Part shown: positions 1 to 8,242 of the stretch, one piece after another
Numbering within the stretch: position 1 is the first letter of the stretch
How the letters are laid out: the number at the start of each line of letters is the position of its first letter
Source of the DNA: a virus
Taxonomy: Duplodnaviria > Caudoviricetes
DNA length: 35,929 bases
IMG/VR virus record: IMGVR_UViG_3300044878_000191
Location: 1 to 35,929 of that record
Strand: one strand, 5' to 3'
Position numbers and translations under genes: made by a program
Notes under the pieces: model-generated
Databases searched by the model: none
The model's input: the letters and a program-made list of their open reading frames with translations, nothing else
What the model was told of the DNA's origin: nothing

Positions 1-200
1 ACCGTTCCGTTTGTTTCTTTTACTAAATCCCAGTTTCTGCCACCTCCTAATGGTGTTATTGTTTGTTCTCCACAACCGCATAGACAAAGGTGAATTGCAC
101 ATAAATATTCTTCTGATATGTAAAGCTTTTTTTCTTCCAAAACATTTGGAACAAACTCAACAAATACAGGTTCTATTTTTACTTTTTTAAGTGTTTTCAT
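1..200 (-). CDS. Partial hypothetical protein, DUF6527-like (runs off the left edge)
   Basis: Own translation from ATG at 200: MKTLKKVKIEPVFVEFVPNVLEEKKLYISEEYLCAIHLCLCGCGEQTITPLGGGRNWDL. The HLCxCGCG motif is recalled from DUF6527. Not in the ORF track. Confidence 0.7.
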   Translation of the reverse strand, partial: MKTLKKVKIEPVFVEFVPNVLEEKKLYISEEYLCAIHLCLCGCGEQTITPLGGGRNWDLVKETNGT

Positions 201-301
201 AATTTTTTATATTTAAGTAGTTTTAAATCTATCTATTTTACCTTTTTATGGGTAAATAAGGGTTTTTATAAGTTATTTTAGCTTTAATTACCCGCCACAG
301 C

Positions 302-436
302 CTACAACAGCAGTTACAAGACAAACGGGCATAGTTATTAATTTTTTAATTGTTTTGTGTTTGGTTACATTCGGCAACTCGGAAGGCAATCAGGCTTGTT
401 TAATCCCGTTCGTCTTGTAGCCGCGAAACGTTATGC
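302..436. repeat. attC-like imperfect inverted repeat 1
   Basis: CTACAAC (302-308) ... GTTATGC (430-436). Arms 310-329 and 405-424 are complementary at 17/20. Confidence 0.75.
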
Positions 437-437
437 G

Positions 438-761
438 TCAGCTTACAAGAGCATCCCAATAACTAACGTGTTTATTAATGACTGAACCACCACCGCAACA
501 ATTGACATTATGAACTTGACAACCATTAGGTTTTAATTGTTCATCACAAACAGTTTTAACAACGAAAACTTTATCATCATCAAACCAAACTTTTTGACAA
601 ATATTGTGAGTTCCTCCTGAAAAATCCCCTTCAAGTTCAACTTGATTTTCTCTAATTCCTACAACCTTAAAAGGTTCGTGTCCGTGATAAATACCTTCGA
701 CATAAACAGGGTACATATTCAAAATTTTGTATCCTTTAATTGGTAATTTTTTATATTTCAT
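438..761 (-). CDS. Hypothetical protein (cassette-borne, Cys-rich C-terminus)
   Basis: 107-aa ORF filling the space between attC-like elements 2 and 1. Its stop lies 1 nt from GCATAAC. Confidence 0.75.
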   Translation of the reverse strand: MKYKKLPIKGYKILNMYPVYVEGIYHGHEPFKVVGIRENQVELEGDFSGGTHNICQKVWFDDDKVFVVKTVCDEQLKPNGCQVHNVNCCGGGSVINKHVSYWDALVS

Positions 762-794
762 ATTTTTTGTTTTTAAGTGATTAAAAAGCCGAAG

Positions 795-926
795 GCATAA
801 CAGCTACTACTAGCCACCCTTGCACTAGGCTTTGGTTATTAATTTGTTTTTTTGTTGTCAATTGTGCTACTCGGAAGTCAATGCGCTTTCTTGCACAGGG
901 CAGCGAGTAGTAGCGGAGCGTTAGGC
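795..926. repeat. attC-like imperfect inverted repeat 2
   Basis: GCATAAC (795-801) ... GTTAGGC (920-926). Arms GCTACTACTAGCCACCCTTGCA / TGCACAGGGCAGCGAGTAGTAGC. Confidence 0.8.
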
Positions 927-1103
927 ACAATTTATACCCAACTCTATGAAATCACTTTGTTTGGCTTTTTCCCACCTTGTAAATTCAGGACTTGTACTAA
1001 AATCAAAATCACAAGTAGTCGTTTGTATGGTTTCAACCATTACATCAAAGCCAAAGAATTTCTTTTTCAAATACCATTTACCAGTTAATCTTCTATTATC
1101 CAT
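921..1103 (-). CDS. Hypothetical protein (cassette-borne)
   Basis: Start moved to ATG 1103 (MDNRRLTGKW) because the longer start lies inside the hairpin. The TAA stop is part of GCCTAAC. Confidence 0.7.
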   Translation of the reverse strand: MDNRRLTGKWYLKKKFFGFDVMVETIQTTTCDFDFSTSPEFTRWEKAKQSDFIELGINCA

Positions 1104-1114
1104 AATAAAACTGT

Positions 1115-1238
1115 GCCTAACAAAGTGTATAAGCAATAGCCGTTAGGCGTTTTAAACTATTGCAGTTGTTAATATTTATGTTTCTACTTCTAATTAAGTT
1201 CTGTGTTCGGCTACTGCTCATACACTCAAACGTTATGC
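1115..1238. repeat. attC-like imperfect inverted repeat 3
   Basis: GCCTAAC (1115-1121) ... GTTATGC (1232-1238). Arms 1124-1142 and 1208-1226 are complementary at 17/19. Confidence 0.8.
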
Positions 1239-1244
1239 CTAATG

Positions 1245-1469
1245 CTACGAACCGCACTCGAAAAACTGAATTTCTCCTACAACCATCTTGTCTCCTATAA
1301 AAACTAAGTTAGGTTGGTTTTTATTTAAGGATTTTATGTTATCACCAATAATAATTATACCATCCCCTTCTACTATCTCTGAACCTGAATTTAATCCAAT
1401 AATAATTGAGTTAGTGAGTTTTGTTAAATCACTTTTGTTTTCTACAATATCTTTACTGTTTGTTTTCAT
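1245..1469 (-). CDS. Hypothetical protein with short IIIG repeats
   Basis: 74-aa ORF with IIIG/IIIIG/VFIG repeats. Ends just before element 3. Confidence 0.6.
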   Translation of the reverse strand: MKTNSKDIVENKSDLTKLTNSIIIGLNSGSEIVEGDGIIIIGDNIKSLNKNQPNLVFIGDKMVVGEIQFFECGS

Positions 1470-1497
1470 ATTATTTAAATGTTTACTGTAATCTATT

Positions 1498-2148
1498 TTA
1501 TTTTGAAGCGTTAGTTAAAAACTCTGACCATTGCTCTGCTATTGCTTTTGCAATTCCAGGAAAAGTTTTGGATCTTAGTTTTGATCTCTCTTCTTTTGGT
1601 AATTTCCATGCTTCTGCATACCAAGAAGGCATAGATTTTCCACTTGCAAACTCTGTTCTTTTTGGAGGAGTGACAATATCCGTAGGTTTTAATAAAGGTA
1701 ACCCTTTTAACCACAGGCAAGTCTTCTTTTCAAATGGATCTCCAAATTGGTACGGATTTATTATTTGATTAGGTTTTCTCCACTCACTGCTCATTATCCC
1801 CACTGGATTTTCTATGGCGACATGCTCACAATCAGCCTCTGCAAACATCTTAAAAAATTGTATAGCTTCTTCTCTATCTTTATGTCTTTGAATTGCTTTT
1901 TGTCCATACTTTTCTACATTGAACCATCTGTTTCCTGTCACGGTTAAGAAAGTACAAGGAGGAAAAGATATTATTAAATCCCATTTTTGTTGTAATAATG
2001 GAACTACATCTTGCTGCAGGTGCCATTCCGGATGACCTCCTGAACAAGGTAAAATATCACAACTAAAAGCTTCATGCCCTAATCTTCTAAACTCTTTAGT
2101 TACTGCTTGAGATTCTTCACAAGCCAATAGTATTTTTAATTTTTTCAA
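1498..2148 (-). CDS. Phage DNA cytosine-C5 methyltransferase-like protein
   Basis: N-terminal LLACEESQ SAM-binding-type motif, catalytic-type FPPC and IENPV motifs, C-terminal RSKTFPGIAKAIAEQW typical of this compact phage family. Confidence 0.8.
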   Translation of the reverse strand: MKKLKILLACEESQAVTKEFRRLGHEAFSCDILPCSGGHPEWHLQQDVVPLLQQKWDLIISFPPCTFLTVTGNRWFNVEKYGQKAIQRHKDREEAIQFFKMFAEADCEHVAIENPVGIMSSEWRKPNQIINPYQFGDPFEKKTCLWLKGLPLLKPTDIVTPPKRTEFASGKSMPSWYAEAWKLPKEERSKLRSKTFPGIAKAIAEQWSEFLTNASK

Positions 2149-2179
2149 AATAGTCTTATATTTTTGTGTTTATCTTTTA

Positions 2180-2302
2180 TTAAAACTTAAACTCTTTATT
2201 GTAGATCACTTCTATGTTATCTGTTTGGTGCTTATCCATTAAAAGAATTTGTGTTGAAGGATATAAGCTGTCCCACCATTTTTTTATTGTTTCTTTACTC
2301 AT
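2180..2302 (-). CDS. Small hypothetical protein (40 aa)
   Basis: Own translation MSKETIKKWWDSLYPSTQILLMDKHQTDNIEVIYNKEFKF. Fills the gap between neighbours. Confidence 0.55.
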   Translation of the reverse strand: MSKETIKKWWDSLYPSTQILLMDKHQTDNIEVIYNKEFKF

Positions 2303-2303
2303 A

Positions 2304-2630
2304 CTAAAAATAAACTATTGTTTTATATTTTGGTTCACACTCATCTAAACAGTGAGTTTCATGATTTATTTTAAAATATTTATCCTCAAGTTTTATAACA
2401 AAAATATCTTCTTCATTATCAACTATAAACTCATCAATATAGTCTTTCCCGTCTTTTGTACCCCAACTCATAACTTCTGTTAAGATCCAACAGGCGGTGC
2501 AGTAATCTTCCTTTATTTCTTTTAAAATTTGCTCTTTAGAAGTTATACTCCCTACTGCTTCTAAATTAATATTATCAAAATTATCTTCTACAAATTTTAA
2601 AGCTAGTTTAGTCGTCTCTTTTAAAAGCAT
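2304..2630 (-). CDS. Hypothetical acidic protein
   Basis: ORF track; tightly packed co-oriented gene. Confidence 0.75.
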   Translation of the reverse strand: MLLKETTKLALKFVEDNFDNINLEAVGSITSKEQILKEIKEDYCTACWILTEVMSWGTKDGKDYIDEFIVDNEEDIFVIKLEDKYFKINHETHCLDECEPKYKTIVYF

Positions 2631-2845
2631 AACAGATAAGGTTTTAAAAATTCTTCTATTGTTTCTTCAAAATCTAGTTCTGACCCTTCCCAGTTATAAT
2701 CTTCGGGATACTTTTCAACAAACTTTTCAGCTAATTCAATAGCTAAATCAATTTTAGAATTAAAGCTATCGTTTACTCCTATTGCGTCCTCTAGCAAATC
2801 ATTGTACATTATGTACCCTGTTACTACTGCTACTTCTCTATCCAT
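2621..2845 (-). CDS. Hypothetical acidic protein
   Basis: ORF track; packed. Confidence 0.7.
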   Translation of the reverse strand: MDREVAVVTGYIMYNDLLEDAIGVNDSFNSKIDLAIELAEKFVEKYPEDYNWEGSELDFEETIEEFLKPYLLCF

Positions 2846-2854
2846 GATTTAAAT

Positions 2855-3205
2855 TTATAAAATTTTGTTTATATTATCTAATAAGTTTGTCTCTTTACTG
2901 TATATCTCAGATATATATTTATCTGTTTCTTCATTCACCTTCTCTATTATCATATCCTTTAAATGAGAAAGGAACTTATCTCTTAATCTGTATCTTGTAC
3001 TGTAGGTAGTATTTTGTATTGCAATCCCAACGCTATCTACTAGAACTGTAAAATGTTTTTCGTCATTCTTTAATAGACAAATTGTATCTGTTGAAAGCAC
3101 TTTTAAATTTTTTGTGGTGGCCGAAGCATTTAAAAGTTTAATTACAATACCTTCTAACTTTTCCTCTTGCTCTGTTAACTTTAATTCTAAATTAAATAAT
3201 TTCAT
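2855..3205 (-). CDS. Hypothetical protein
   Basis: ORF track; ATGA overlap with the upstream gene. Confidence 0.75.
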   Translation of the reverse strand: MKLFNLELKLTEQEEKLEGIVIKLLNASATTKNLKVLSTDTICLLKNDEKHFTVLVDSVGIAIQNTTYSTRYRLRDKFLSHLKDMIIEKVNEETDKYISEIYSKETNLLDNINKIL

Positions 3206-3741
3206 ATCCTTTTAAATTTGTGTTTTAATTCTGCGTTAATTGTGTAATGATTTTTACCTTGGTCCGGAACTAAATGTAGTTCCACATCTTCTTCTCTAGT
3301 ACCATACAAACTTCTGTTTAGAAAAAAGTGTACGGTGTTAAGGTGTTTATAGACTTCTCCTTCGTAAAACAAACCTTCAACAGTCTCTAGACATAAATAG
3401 TTATTATACCTTAAGTCTAATCTAAAATTCTTATCTAAACAAGTTTCTAAAAACAATCTCTTGACATTAGTTTTAAGTATGTCAATATACTCTTTATCCC
3501 TTTCTCCGTTTAAAAACTTTTTGTAATAAACAGAAGAAGTATACATAATTCTACTGTCATTCACAAATCTGTGAAGTGAATTCATGTAGCATTGTTGGAG
3601 AAGTTCTATATTATCTTCTACATCTTGTTTAGTAATACTCTTATTCTTAACTCTGATTTCTTCGAACCATTCTCTTACAACTTCTCTTATTGAAGATTTA
3701 TTAAAAAATTCTTTGGTGTTTGAGTTGACTATTTTTATCAT
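3202..3741 (-). CDS. Hypothetical protein
   Basis: 179-aa ORF; ATGA overlaps at both ends. Confidence 0.8.
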   Translation of the reverse strand: MIKIVNSNTKEFFNKSSIREVVREWFEEIRVKNKSITKQDVEDNIELLQQCYMNSLHRFVNDSRIMYTSSVYYKKFLNGERDKEYIDILKTNVKRLFLETCLDKNFRLDLRYNNYLCLETVEGLFYEGEVYKHLNTVHFFLNRSLYGTREEDVELHLVPDQGKNHYTINAELKHKFKRI

Positions 3742-4130
3742 TTTAAATTTAATGAGGTTTTAATATTTTTATAGCACTCTCTCAAGTGGAGATTGTTGTC
3801 GTATACTCCTAGAAAAGTGCCTGTGATTTCTGAGGTGGTAAATAAGGCTTTTGTTACATAATTACCATTGAAAAACCTAGACTGACAGGCTTCTAATATT
3901 TCAGGACAATTTTCTTCTGACGTGAACAATCCACAAATCCAACCATCTTTGCCTTTTTTTAATAGAATGTAAGGGTGCTTAAAAACAGCGTGCATGAAAA
4001 CATCTCCTACTTTGTGAACAGAAGGTTTTCTAAAATTAGGACTCCCTGGAAGGGCAGTTACCCAACCTAATAACTGTTCGTGTGAGTACTTCTTCTCTTT
4101 TATTTTTTTAATTAATTGTTGCTTGTTCAT
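3738..4130 (-). CDS. Hypothetical protein
   Basis: ORF track; packed. Confidence 0.8.
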   Translation of the reverse strand: MNKQQLIKKIKEKKYSHEQLLGWVTALPGSPNFRKPSVHKVGDVFMHAVFKHPYILLKKGKDGWICGLFTSEENCPEILEACQSRFFNGNYVTKALFTTSEITGTFLGVYDNNLHLRECYKNIKTSLNLK

Positions 4131-4133
4131 TAA

Positions 4134-4505
4134 CTATTTTAAAAATTTAAATTTTACTTCTTGAAGTACATAATTAATACCCTTATTACCAATAATATCT
4201 TTTCCGTCAAATATTGGAATATTGATACTACTAACATTTGCGTTGAAAGATTCATTGTCATATAGCTCATCGATATAACTATCTATAATACTTTCTTTAA
4301 TGTGAATTGGCACTTGTTCTTCTTTAAATACTTGAATATTTATGTCTTCAAAAACATCTTTATTTTTATATATTCCAGCGTGCTTTACCCAGTGATACAT
4401 AGATACTTTTGGTAGTTTTCCATACCATAAGATTCCTAAAAGAGATAATAAAGATATGTGCCACCAAGCTAATAAGTTTGCTAATAATTGCAATAAGTTT
4501 TTCAT
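4134..4505 (-). CDS. Hypothetical protein with N-terminal membrane segment
   Basis: Hydrophobic N-terminus LLQLLANLLAWWHISLLSLLGILW. Confidence 0.7.
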   Translation of the reverse strand: MKNLLQLLANLLAWWHISLLSLLGILWYGKLPKVSMYHWVKHAGIYKNKDVFEDINIQVFKEEQVPIHIKESIIDSYIDELYDNESFNANVSSINIPIFDGKDIIGNKGINYVLQEVKFKFLK

Positions 4506-4510
4506 AGTTT

Positions 4511-4768
4511 TTAATTTACTTTTTTATTTAATAGTTTTAAAAAATTATCTGCTTCTACATTTATACTGTCAATATTCTTTTCAGTAATCTGTTCTCCTTT
4601 GAGAGTATAGATTTTTATCGCGCCGTTATTAAAAAATGTAAACTTTTCAAAAATTCTTAGAGAGTAATAAGTGTCTCCTTGAATATACTTACCTACAATT
4701 ACATCTTTTCTATATTTATCACAAGATATAAATAAAAACACACATAAAATGATTAATACTTTTTTCAT
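4511..4768 (-). CDS. Putative lipoprotein
   Basis: MKKVLIILCVFLFISC signal peptide with a Bacteroidota-type lipobox Cys. Confidence 0.65.
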   Translation of the reverse strand: MKKVLIILCVFLFISCDKYRKDVIVGKYIQGDTYYSLRIFEKFTFFNNGAIKIYTLKGEQITEKNIDSINVEADNFLKLLNKKVN

Positions 4769-4770
4769 AA

Positions 4771-5208
4771 TTAACTATTTAAAATTTCAATTAGTTCTTC
4801 TGCTGTTTTTTGTTCGCCGTAATATTTTAAATCTTTTGTTTTCATTCCTAACAGACGTTCTGTAATGCGTTCTGAAACAATTTCTTTTACTTTTGGTATA
4901 TTGTCATCCCAATCATTATAAAGATGCTTAGGAAGGTCTTTAAATGCGTCTGAGTAATCCGTTACATTAAATCCTCTTTTGATACATTCATCTGTTAGTT
5001 CATTATATCTGTGGTGGATGTACTTTAACTTATTTTTGAAATATACTTCGTGACCGCTAGAAAGTTTGAATTCTAAAGGGGGGATAGTTTTAGGACTGTA
5101 TTTATTTTGCTTAACCTTATTTGGAACTCTTAGTATTTCAATACGTTCTTTTCTAAGGTGTATATCTGAAAGTTGTTTAGCTTTTATGCCCGCCGAAATT
5201 CTAGTCAT
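4771..5208 (-). CDS. denV: Pyrimidine-dimer DNA glycosylase (T4 endonuclease V family)
   Basis: MTRI N-terminus. LSDIHLRKERIEILRV aligns to T4 DenV LADQHLMAEYRELPRV. Also FKLSSGHEVYFKNKL and ECIKRGF motifs. Confidence 0.85.
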   Translation of the reverse strand: MTRISAGIKAKQLSDIHLRKERIEILRVPNKVKQNKYSPKTIPPLEFKLSSGHEVYFKNKLKYIHHRYNELTDECIKRGFNVTDYSDAFKDLPKHLYNDWDDNIPKVKEIVSERITERLLGMKTKDLKYYGEQKTAEELIEILNS

Positions 5209-5354
5209 AATCTATTCTTTTAAAAATAATAATGCAGTTTTATAAGTCTCTACTCTGTGTTCTTTAGCGAGTTTTACTGTAGAGTGAGTTTCTTTCTGTA
5301 AATCTTTTTTACATCTTTTTAGCTCTCTTTCTTGTAACCAAATTAGAATTGTTT

Positions 5355-5723
5355 TCATAGTTCAATTTTTACTTTTTCAACTACATTATTATCGTATAAT
5401 TGTGATTCTCCTTCTTTATATTCATAACCTTGAAAAATATAGCTTGCCCATTCTTCTTTTGTCGCAAACTCTTTACGTAATTCATAGTCATAGTGGAAGT
5501 CAATAATTCTACCATCAAATAATAAAACTGATTTCCATTCGTCTACGTCATCAAATGAGATAATATGTTTACAAAGTATCTTATTATTATCTTCATTATA
5601 ACTAAGTTCCCAATGGTCAAACTCCTTATTTCTTTCATTATGAGAAAGTCGTGCTAAATCTTTAGTCTTAATTTTATACTCTAATAATACAATTCTAAGT
5701 CCTATATTAACTGTTGCTTTCAT
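5355..5723 (-). CDS. Hypothetical protein
   Basis: Start adjusted to MKATVNIG to avoid overlap. Confidence 0.7.
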   Translation of the reverse strand: MKATVNIGLRIVLLEYKIKTKDLARLSHNERNKEFDHWELSYNEDNNKILCKHIISFDDVDEWKSVLLFDGRIIDFHYDYELRKEFATKEEWASYIFQGYEYKEGESQLYDNNVVEKVKIEL

Positions 5724-5736
5724 AAATATCTGTTTT

Positions 5737-5925
5737 TTAATTTTTATTCGCGCCAAAAAGAAGATGAAAAAGAAAACTGATTGCTGTTAAATTAGCTAAC
5801 CTCATCCATACCCATTTTAAATTCTCAGGTTGTGAGTCAAAAAGCCAAGCTATTCCTAAAATTAAGCTAGATAGAATCCATGCCGATACTATAAAGCGGA
5901 AAGTGTTTGTTATAAAATTTCTCAT
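5737..5925 (-). CDS. Small two-TM membrane protein
   Basis: Two hydrophobic segments. Confidence 0.65.
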   Translation of the reverse strand: MRNFITNTFRFIVSAWILSSLILGIAWLFDSQPENLKWVWMRLANLTAISFLFHLLFGANKN

Positions 5926-5936
5926 TAGTGCTGTTT

Positions 5937-6287
5937 TTAATTTCCGTGTACAAATGTGTTGTACTCTTCTAGAGTTTTGCGCAATTCTTTAACAAAATCA
6001 GACTCTAAGTCATAATACTGAAAGTTTCTTCTTGTTACTCTTTCACCACTATCAGCATCGATAAGAATAGGCTTATAGTATAAATCATTACAACCCCCTT
6101 CTTCTAAAACATTGATTAACTCAATAGCCTCTTCTTCTGTGTCTGTTACTTCTAATACACAATCTTCTTCTGCATCTAAAATATACAAATTTTGACTGTA
6201 TATTTGAAAAACAACTTCCGTGTTATCTGTTTTAGCCTTCATATTATAGGCATGTTTGACTAACTTTTTTAAGTCTGACTTTTTCAT
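5937..6287 (-). CDS. Hypothetical protein
   Basis: ORF track; A-rich upstream. Confidence 0.75.
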   Translation of the reverse strand: MKKSDLKKLVKHAYNMKAKTDNTEVVFQIYSQNLYILDAEEDCVLEVTDTEEEAIELINVLEEGGCNDLYYKPILIDADSGERVTRRNFQYYDLESDFVKELRKTLEEYNTFVHGN

Positions 6288-6298
6288 AAGATTGTTTT

Positions 6299-6532
6299 TT
6301 AATCTTCTGCAGTTTCTGTTAATCCTGCTTCTTCTGCATACATATCAATAGCGAACCAAATTTGTTCCATTGTAGCTTCGTTGTTTAATGCTCCATCTAA
6401 TATTTCATAAGCTTCCTCATCAGAACAAATAAAGCGGTATTGAACATCTTCTATACACCATAAGTTATCAGTATAATAACCGTGATTTTTTAATAATTCT
6501 TTTGCTTTTGCAATTTCTTCTCTTGTATTCAT
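6299..6532 (-). CDS. Hypothetical acidic protein
   Basis: ORF track; D/E-rich. Confidence 0.75.
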   Translation of the reverse strand: MNTREEIAKAKELLKNHGYYTDNLWCIEDVQYRFICSDEEAYEILDGALNNEATMEQIWFAIDMYAEEAGLTETAED

Positions 6533-6534
6533 TT

Positions 6535-6732
6535 TTAATTTAGTTTTTTGGTTACAAAATCATATACTTCTGAACTATCACACTCTAGTTGAAGGCTGTC
6601 CCATATAATAATTGTTAGTGCTTCTTCTAAAGTTGTAAAAGGATTTTCTCTATCATAATCAGGGAAATCCATAAAAGCGTTGGCGCACATTTTATTTGCT
6701 TGGTCTATTATTAATTGTTCTATATTTTCCAT
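6535..6732 (-). CDS. Hypothetical protein
   Basis: ORF track; packed. Confidence 0.7.
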   Translation of the reverse strand: MENIEQLIIDQANKMCANAFMDFPDYDRENPFTTLEEALTIIIWDSLQLECDSSEVYDFVTKKLN

Positions 6733-6736
6733 TTTT

Positions 6737-7237
6737 TTATTTGTTTTCGTTATACCATTTAATGCAATTTAAGCACGCATTATATAAACTGTTTATATTT
6801 ACTTCTAATAAAGCATCGTTTAGTTTAAATATTAAATCGTCTTTTATTTGTTCTTCCTTACTAAAAATCTTTTCAACTACCCGAATTAACCAATTCCAAT
6901 CTGTTTCGAATAGAAAATAGTTTGTACTTAAGAAGAATCCCGATTTATGTCTGAAATGGTAAGATTCTGCCCACTCTCTGTGGTCACTGTTAGCAAACAG
7001 GCCTGTTTCCATACTTACTTCAAACTCTCCCTTCTCTTGGTCATAGACCCAACCTAAAAATTCAGCAATTAATCTGTTGTCAGAAATACCTAAACTTTTT
7101 TTAGCGTTCTCTATTGAGATGAAATCACCACTTTCAAAAAATTCTCCGTTCTCAAATGTTCTTATAAAAAATAAGTCTCCTTTTTTTATAATTTGAATGT
7201 TGTCTATTTCAAATACTACTGTTTCTTCTGTTTCCAT
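6737..7237 (-). CDS. Hypothetical phage protein
   Basis: NRLIAEFLGW ... TDWNWLIRVVEKI ... CIKWYN motif set, common in Bacteroidota phage proteins. Confidence 0.8.
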   Translation of the reverse strand: METEETVVFEIDNIQIIKKGDLFFIRTFENGEFFESGDFISIENAKKSLGISDNRLIAEFLGWVYDQEKGEFEVSMETGLFANSDHREWAESYHFRHKSGFFLSTNYFLFETDWNWLIRVVEKIFSKEEQIKDDLIFKLNDALLEVNINSLYNACLNCIKWYNENK

Positions 7238-7254
7238 TGTAATTTGTTTTAAAG

Positions 7255-7653
7255 TTACTCTTCTTCACTTGGTTCTCTAAGTTCCCACGTATAGACGTCC
7301 TCTGTCCAACTGTCAAAACCTTCTTTTATAAACTCTTCACTACAAAACAGTTCCATTATTGCGCCTTTTTCATTACTGTAAATTGGCTCTCCTTCTGTTT
7401 CGTCTCCATTATCGGGGGAAGTGAATCCAAAAATTGAACTGTCAAGGTCATACCAGCCAGTGACGTCAACACCGTCTACTTCTTTTTCTAACCAAATTAT
7501 ATTGTTGCAATTATTCCAATTGTCTTTGGTCATATTTTGAGCGAACTCTTTTTTTGCTTCCTCGAAAGTTTCTGCATAAATGTAGCTTTCATAGTTAAAG
7601 CCTTGTCCATCTCTTTTTTTGAAGATTGGATATTCTTTGAAATTTGTTTCCAT
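7255..7653 (-). CDS. Hypothetical highly acidic protein
   Basis: ORF track; D/E-rich. Confidence 0.8.
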   Translation of the reverse strand: METNFKEYPIFKKRDGQGFNYESYIYAETFEEAKKEFAQNMTKDNWNNCNNIIWLEKEVDGVDVTGWYDLDSSIFGFTSPDNGDETEGEPIYSNEKGAIMELFCSEEFIKEGFDSWTEDVYTWELREPSEEE

Positions 7654-7880
7654 AATTATTTTACTAAAGGTTGTGTTATCATTGTGTTTTCACTTGGTAG
7701 TGGATGTGGTGTCATAGTATCTTCTTTTGGATACTCAAACGGCTCGTTTCTTACCTCTTGGCTTATATCTCCAAAAATATAAATCGCCGAAACAAAAGTA
7801 AGAATAAATAATAAAACTGTTGTTATAAGTATAAAAACTTTAACATCTTTCTTTTTAAATTTTATACCGCTTAAAAATTA

Positions 7881-7967
7881 AAAAACACAACGAGAATACC
7901 TCTTGAGTATAAGTTCGAAAAAGAGTTAACTAACAGAACTACCGTTAGTATACTTCATTGTGTTTTT
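7881..7967 (-). ncRNA. Intergenic structured element with pseudoknot potential
   Basis: Pairings 7881-7890/7958-7967, 7900-7904/7921-7925, 7906-7911/7949-7954 and 7930-7934/7944-7948. Confidence 0.45.
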
Positions 7968-7982
7968 GGCTATAGTTATTTT

Positions 7983-8216
7983 TTAGTTATTTAGTATTCT
8001 ATTAATTAGAAATAATCTGTAAGCTAAAGCTTCCGTTTCTGTGCTAAAATAAGCATTAATTCCATCTGTATCTACAACTGCATACCAACCTGTAACATTG
8101 TTTTCAGGTGCTTCGTCTGCTTCCATAATAGTGATTTCTTCAAACGCATCGTCTAAATTCAAATTATTATTTTTAAACCACTTTTGATTACTTTTTAATA
8201 CATTATATTTTTTCAT
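7983..8216 (-). CDS. Hypothetical protein
   Basis: Start adjusted to MKKYNVLK. Confidence 0.7.
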   Translation of the reverse strand: MKKYNVLKSNQKWFKNNNLNLDDAFEEITIMEADEAPENNVTGWYAVVDTDGINAYFSTETEALAYRLFLINRILNN

Positions 8217-8242
8217 ATTGCCTAATTTAAAACTATCTATTA

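Noticed and set aside
302-1238. CRISPR array or simple terminators as explanation of the three hairpins
   Set aside because: Units are not identical repeats, spacers are whole genes, loops are ~65-75 nt, and there are no U-tails. The ends follow an AAC/GTT logic instead.
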